Part shown: one piece after another, positions 59,814 through 64,000 of the stretch | Numbering within the stretch: position 1 is the first letter of the stretch | How the letters are laid out: the number at the start of each line of letters is the position of its first letter | Origin: Flavobacteriales bacterium UBA6772 | GTDB lineage: Bacteria; Bacteroidota; Bacteroidia; Flavobacteriales; UBA7430 | Assembly: GCA_905182215.1 (NCBI GenBank) | Contig: CAJJAI010000011.1 | Coordinates: 1 to 64,000 of the forward strand | DNA length: 64,000 nucleotides | Reading direction: 5' to 3' | The notes under the pieces: model-generated | Told to the model about the DNA's origin: nothing | Seen by the model: only the letters and a program-made list of their open reading frames with translations | The model's database searches: none | Position numbers and translations under genes: made by a program

Positions 59814-61049
59814 TTAATCTTCAAATTCAGATTTCAAAATAGATTGAATCTCATTAACGGTTTCTTCTTCTAAGTCTGTACGCTTAACCAATTCGGCAGC
59901 CGAAAGTTCTAAAACAGACTTGGCAGTATCGCAGCCAATATTCTTTAATTCTTTAATAATCCAGTCATCTATTTCATCAACAAACTCAGTTAATGCAACA
60001 TCTTCAGAATCATCAATATCTCTATACACATCAATTTCGTAACCCGTAATAGAACCAGCCAAACGAATGTTTGTACCGCCTCTACCGATAGCTAAAGAAA
60101 CTTGGTCTGGCTTTAAATAAACCTCTGCTCTATTATTATCTTCATCTACTGTGATGGAAGATACTTTAGCTGGGCTTAAGGCACGGGTAATAAATAATGA
60201 TATATTACTTGTGTAGTTGATTACATCAATATTCTCGTTCCCCAACTCTCTTACAATTCCGTGAATACGAGATCCTTTCATACCTACACAGGCACCTACA
60301 GGGTCGATACGTTCGTCGTAAGACTCCACGGCAACTTTAGCCTTTTCACCAGGGATACGTTCAATTTTCTTAACGATAATTAAACCATCCGCTACTTCAG
60401 GGATTTCTTGCTCGAACAAACGTTCTAGGAACTTAGGAGAAGTACGAGACAATACAATTCTAGGTTTTGTACCTTTTAATTGTACTTCTTTTACAATTCC
60501 ACGTACTGTATCTCCTTTTCTAAAGAAGTCAGAACGTATTTGTTGGTCTTTTGGAAGAATTACTTCATTGTCCATATCATCAATAATAATAACCTCACGG
60601 TTACGAATATGATGTACTTCACCTGAAATAATCTCACCTACCAATTCTTTATACTTATTATAAAGATCTGTATTATCGTGTTCTTGAATACGTCCAATTA
60701 AATTTTGACGCATCGACAAGATTGCACGACGACCAAAATCAATTAAATGAACTTCTTCAGAAACCTCTTCATCAACTTCAAAATCTGGTTCGATTTTAAT
60801 AGCGCTAGAATATTCAATTTCTGCGTTATCATCTTCTACCGCACCGTCTTTTACAACAATCCGATTTCTCCAGATTTCTAAATCTCCTTTATCAGGGTTT
60901 ACGATAATATCGAAATTCTCATCAGAACCATATTTCTTTATGATCATGTTTCTGAATACATCTTCGATGATTCCCATTAAAGTTACACGGTCGATGTTTT
61001 TATCGTCCTTAAACTCTGCAAATGAGTCTATAAGAGCTAAATTCTCCAT
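59814..61049 (-). CDS. nusA: Transcription termination/antitermination factor NusA
   Basis: It has an N-terminal domain, an S1 domain and two KH domains (GACVGMKGSRI, AIGRGGTNIRL). Confidence 0.96.
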   Translation of the reverse strand: MENLALIDSFAEFKDDKNIDRVTLMGIIEDVFRNMIIKKYGSDENFDIIVNPDKGDLEIWRNRIVVKDGAVEDDNAEIEYSSAIKIEPDFEVDEEVSEEVHLIDFGRRAILSMRQNLIGRIQEHDNTDLYNKYKELVGEIISGEVHHIRNREVIIIDDMDNEVILPKDQQIRSDFFRKGDTVRGIVKEVQLKGTKPRIVLSRTSPKFLERLFEQEIPEVADGLIIVKKIERIPGEKAKVAVESYDERIDPVGACVGMKGSRIHGIVRELGNENIDVINYTSNISLFITRALSPAKVSSITVDEDNNRAEVYLKPDQVSLAIGRGGTNIRLAGSITGYEIDVYRDIDDSEDVALTEFVDEIDDWIIKELKNIGCDTAKSVLELSAAELVKRTDLEEETVNEIQSILKSEFED

Positions 61050-61059
61050 TTCACCTTAC

Positions 61060-61515
61060 TTAAAATGTGATTAACACTATTGTTTGTTTAATATCTCGGT
61101 ATTCTATAACACGGTTATTTACAACCGTTACTTTCCCCTTTCCTGTAGGTTTAGGCTCTCTAGACTTCCACTCTAAAGTGATAGCCTCGTCAGTAGCAGA
61201 AACCATTTTCGCCTCAATAACCTCTTCAGTATTTAGAGTAACGCTCACTTTACGCCCAACATTTTTGTTGTACTGACGTAAAACTAAAGGTTCTCCAATC
61301 CCTGAAGAAGCGACTGTTAAAGAAAAGTCTTCTTCTTCTCTATCCAAATTAAGCTCTATCGCACGACTTACTATTCTGCAATCGGCTAAAGTTAAACCCG
61401 TATCGCTATCTAAAAGCACATTGATGTTATTGCCCGAACTTACTGTTAACTTCACTACAAAGATCTCAGTTCCAGCAATACCATCCTCAATTAATTCTTT
61501 TACTTTTTCTTTCAA
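61060..61515 (-). CDS. rimP: Ribosome maturation factor RimP
   Basis: It is about 150 aa, immediately upstream of nusA, with an apparent TTG start. Confidence 0.85.
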   Translation of the reverse strand: MKEKVKELIEDGIAGTEIFVVKLTVSSGNNINVLLDSDTGLTLADCRIVSRAIELNLDREEEDFSLTVASSGIGEPLVLRQYNKNVGRKVSVTLNTEEVIEAKMVSATDEAITLEWKSREPKPTGKGKVTVVNNRVIEYRDIKQTIVLITF

Positions 61516-61525
61516 TATACTAAGT

Positions 61526-61555
61526 ATAAAAAGAGGGGACTTTACGTCCCCTCTT
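61526..61555 (-). terminator. Intrinsic terminator/attenuator hairpin between the T9SS cargo gene and rimP
   Basis: A 9-bp G/C-rich stem AGAGGGGAC/GTCCCCTCT with a 5-nt loop is followed by TTTTTA on the minus strand. It ends 11 nt before the rimP start codon. Confidence 0.75.
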
Positions 61556-61577
61556 ATCTTTCACCATAAATACGGTG

Positions 61578-61585
61578 CAAATATA
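61578..61585 (-). promoter_or_regulatory. Candidate -7 box (TATATTTG) for rimP-nusA-infB, upstream of the hairpin
   Basis: It is a perfect TAnnTTTG on the minus strand, with 62 nt to the rimP start. This is much longer than the 16-26 nt seen at most of the other boxes. Confidence 0.45.
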
Positions 61586-61602
61586 CATATTTTTTCTATT
61601 CC

Positions 61603-63834
61603 TTAACGTATAACAAGTCTTTTATAGGCTTGATTAGTTTCAGAGCTTACTTTAACTATATATACACCTGTAAACAGTTCAGATAAATTGAAATACTCTA
61701 CTTGATTTCCAACAGCAGAAACAATTCTACTGCTTACTTTTTGACCTTGTACATTAAAGAATTCTATTGTTACTTCTTCTTTTTCTGCAGTAGCATAAGC
61801 TACATAACAACTAGAATTAGTTGGATTAGGATAAAGGGATAATGTACTTTGAATTTTATTTTCAAACACATTAAGAGGTGTAGCGTATACATAGATATTA
61901 TCTAAATATATCCAATAGTTATTCTCATCGTTATAGTGTCTAAAAGCAATATATACTTCTTGCCCTGCGTAAGCACTTAAATCGATAGTTCTTTGAGTAT
62001 ACTCATCGCCTGGAACAGTCTCTTCAAAAATCACAAATTCACCTTCATCTATTAAAGAATCCTCATGCGATTCGTATACAAGAACAGCATAATTATCTAA
62101 GTAAGTAGCATCTTTAGCTTTCACAAAATAAGAAAGTGTTGTATTCTCTTCGATAAGTAATTTAGGCAATCTCAATAAATTATCTGGATCTAAAGGACCA
62201 AGATTATCTATATACGAACTAGAACCAACAGCTCTTAAACTATTATACGAAGCATCTTCATCACTTAAATGCGACCAAATAGAACCATCTTCATCTCTGT
62301 CCATGTTTTCCCAGCAATTAGTCAAAAAGGCATCCTCTTCAAAATCTTCATAAAATGGTAAACCAACAGGAACACAACTTGTATTTTCCTCACACAAGCC
62401 ATCATCTATTGTAGCATCCATATTATAATTTAATGCATCATCATCCATACAACCAGCAATCTCATCTTGACCTTGAACAAATAGCATTGTTAAATCATCA
62501 ATATAAAACAAACGAGTTTGCTCTTCTGGAGTCAGCGATTTAAATTGTATTCCTCCTAAAGCTATCGAACCATCCTCTATTAACCTATCTTGATAGATAA
62601 ATGGCCAAACAAAAGACTGCACACCGTTAATAGATATATCTGCAACGCCATTATCTATATCCACTAAATGCTTTACTTCGAACCATTCTCCTAACGGAAC
62701 GGTAAATAAATGTGCGTTTTCTTCTCCAACATTCAAATAAGCAGTACCATCACTCGAAGCATAAAATTCCATTGCTGGAATCACCTCTGCACTATCACAA
62801 GACATTTCGTGAATTAATCTATAGTATGCCGAACCCTCTTCTGGAACGAACATAGAAAAACTAAACTCGTAAGCACCATAAGTCATATTACCTAAAGATT
62901 TATATACATCTGAAGGACCATGGTAAATAAGCATTGAATTAGTTCCACTTTGAGCGTATAACTGAGATACTTGTGCTAAGTTTTCAACTTCACATAAAGC
63001 TTCCCAGTCTTCAGACTGAGGTGCAATTTCGTTAAAAGGCGTATATAATTCAAAATCATCTGAAGTATATACTTGACCAATAAAACCAACCGTAAAGCTA
63101 GTTGTGTATTCTTGTTGCTCATCGCTAGAGTCTGTAATAATTAACTGATAATCGCCAGGCATCACAGAAGTCATTTCTAAATCAGTACCGAGAATATTAC
63201 CATCACTATCTAACCAAGTTACTGTTAATGGATACAAACCACCATGAACATCTACAGACACTTCACCAGTAGAATGGGCCATTCCGGTAGCAGAACTAAC
63301 AGATAAGTCAATACTAAGTGGTGGAACACACTGTTCTTCTTTATCGATTCCTGCAGCTGCTAAAACACCATAATATCCTCCACCAGTTTCGGTATAAGTA
63401 GTATCCAAAGGACTAATAGTAACAATTGTAGGTACCCCGGTAATTCCGTATGAATTGTGCGCTTCGTTACCATTACCATCGTTACCACTTACCATAGGTA
63501 AGCCATGAATATCAGGCATAAACTCTAGCTCAAAATCTATACAAGCTTGCGTATCTGAACCTGTATCGATAGAAATGAAAATCACATCGTTGTAATTACA
63601 GCCAAAATCAACAAAACCTTTACCAAAAGCGGGAGCTCCAGCTTGACAAGGACCACACCATGTACCGAAGAAATCTACGACTACATACTTACCTTGACCT
63701 AAATATTCATACAATTCGTGTGTTTCCCCTAAAATGTCTGTGACAATAAAATTGGGGGCTGGAATAGGATCTTGTGCTTTTACTATTGTAGCGAAGGCAA
63801 AAACAAGAACAAGTAGAGTGTAGAGTTTTTTCAT
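61603..63834 (-). CDS. T9SS-secreted multidomain protein: thioredoxin-fold (WCGPC), Ig-like, lectin-like, cleaved-adhesin/choice-of-anchor-J-like, and a Por C-terminal sorting domain
   Basis: It has a signal peptide (TIVKAQ) and the redox motif FFGTWCGPCQ at residues 55-64. FYEDFEED...CWENMDRDEDGSIW and FRHYN...IYLDNIYVY are adhesin-like. The last about 80 aa (LSLYPNPT...GVYIVKV...KRLVIR) form a T9SS CTD. Confidence 0.8.
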   Translation of the reverse strand: MKKLYTLLVLVFAFATIVKAQDPIPAPNFIVTDILGETHELYEYLGQGKYVVVDFFGTWCGPCQAGAPAFGKGFVDFGCNYNDVIFISIDTGSDTQACIDFELEFMPDIHGLPMVSGNDGNGNEAHNSYGITGVPTIVTISPLDTTYTETGGGYYGVLAAAGIDKEEQCVPPLSIDLSVSSATGMAHSTGEVSVDVHGGLYPLTVTWLDSDGNILGTDLEMTSVMPGDYQLIITDSSDEQQEYTTSFTVGFIGQVYTSDDFELYTPFNEIAPQSEDWEALCEVENLAQVSQLYAQSGTNSMLIYHGPSDVYKSLGNMTYGAYEFSFSMFVPEEGSAYYRLIHEMSCDSAEVIPAMEFYASSDGTAYLNVGEENAHLFTVPLGEWFEVKHLVDIDNGVADISINGVQSFVWPFIYQDRLIEDGSIALGGIQFKSLTPEEQTRLFYIDDLTMLFVQGQDEIAGCMDDDALNYNMDATIDDGLCEENTSCVPVGLPFYEDFEEDAFLTNCWENMDRDEDGSIWSHLSDEDASYNSLRAVGSSSYIDNLGPLDPDNLLRLPKLLIEENTTLSYFVKAKDATYLDNYAVLVYESHEDSLIDEGEFVIFEETVPGDEYTQRTIDLSAYAGQEVYIAFRHYNDENNYWIYLDNIYVYATPLNVFENKIQSTLSLYPNPTNSSCYVAYATAEKEEVTIEFFNVQGQKVSSRIVSAVGNQVEYFNLSELFTGVYIVKVSSETNQAYKRLVIR

Positions 63835-63903
63835 GATTTTCTTTTTAAGACGGGTAAATATACAAAAACTATTAAGTTCAATGAGTTACAGCAAAAATCT
63901 TAC

Positions 63904-63942
63904 CAAAAAAAAGAAGCGATCTGCACTATACAGAACGCTTCT
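63904..63942 (-). terminator. Terminator of an unseen minus-strand gene to the right of the window
   Basis: The stem AGAAGCG/CGCTTCT is followed by T8 on the minus strand. The cognate gene is not visible. Confidence 0.4.
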
Positions 63943-64000
63943 AACATCGAGGGGCAATTTTATATAATTCCCCATATTTACCTAAACACCAAATCTTTAT

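Overview
This 64 kb window is an AT-rich, densely coding stretch of chromosome (about 60 genes) from a member of the Bacteroidota, almost certainly a flavobacterium. The evidence is gldB-gldC gliding genes, a T9SS C-terminal sorting domain, alternative complex III, an FtsZ ending in SFLHDNVD, and repeated TAnnTTTG -7 promoter boxes. The content is mostly core housekeeping. It includes lptE-secG-groES-groEL and a complete dcw cluster on the minus strand (5.8-21.4 kb): mraZ-rsmH-ftsL-ftsI-murE-mraY-murD-ftsW-murG-murC-ftsQ-ftsA-ftsZ. It also holds engB, gldBC, nadE, korAB with a NifU-like gene and apbC, and trmB. Further along are an OmpR/PhoR-like two-component pair beside a divergent PiT permease, and a TetR-SulP-beta carbonic anhydrase-pentapeptide operon. 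The rest comprises a porin, a membrane-tethered TPR-LuxR regulator, actABCDEF plus aa3 oxidase subunits II and I as one 11 kb minus-strand block, rimP-nusA-infB, and a large T9SS cargo protein. I saw no rRNA, tRNA, CRISPR array, transposase, integrase, phage gene or recognisable defence gene. I do not find a convincing wholly new multi-gene system. The most unusual items are: (1) a translationally abutted STAS-like protein plus a PAS/HisKA_3 kinase whose ATPase domain has lost its ATP-binding boxes; (2) an overlapping pair of Cys-rich lipoproteins, one with a Kazal-like module; (3) a T9SS-secreted thioredoxin-fold multidomain protein; (4) a histidine-rich insertion in ActF; (5) a TetR-SulP-CA-pentapeptide operon with a perfect operator-like palindrome over its promoter; (6) a terminator hairpin inside the unusually long rimP-nusA-infB leader; (7) three exactly 10-bp-phased GTGGTA repeats at the mraZ promoter; (8) an MGMT/Atl-like gene interrupted by TGA at a conserved Trp position. 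All functional calls rest on motif recognition by eye. No database search was run.
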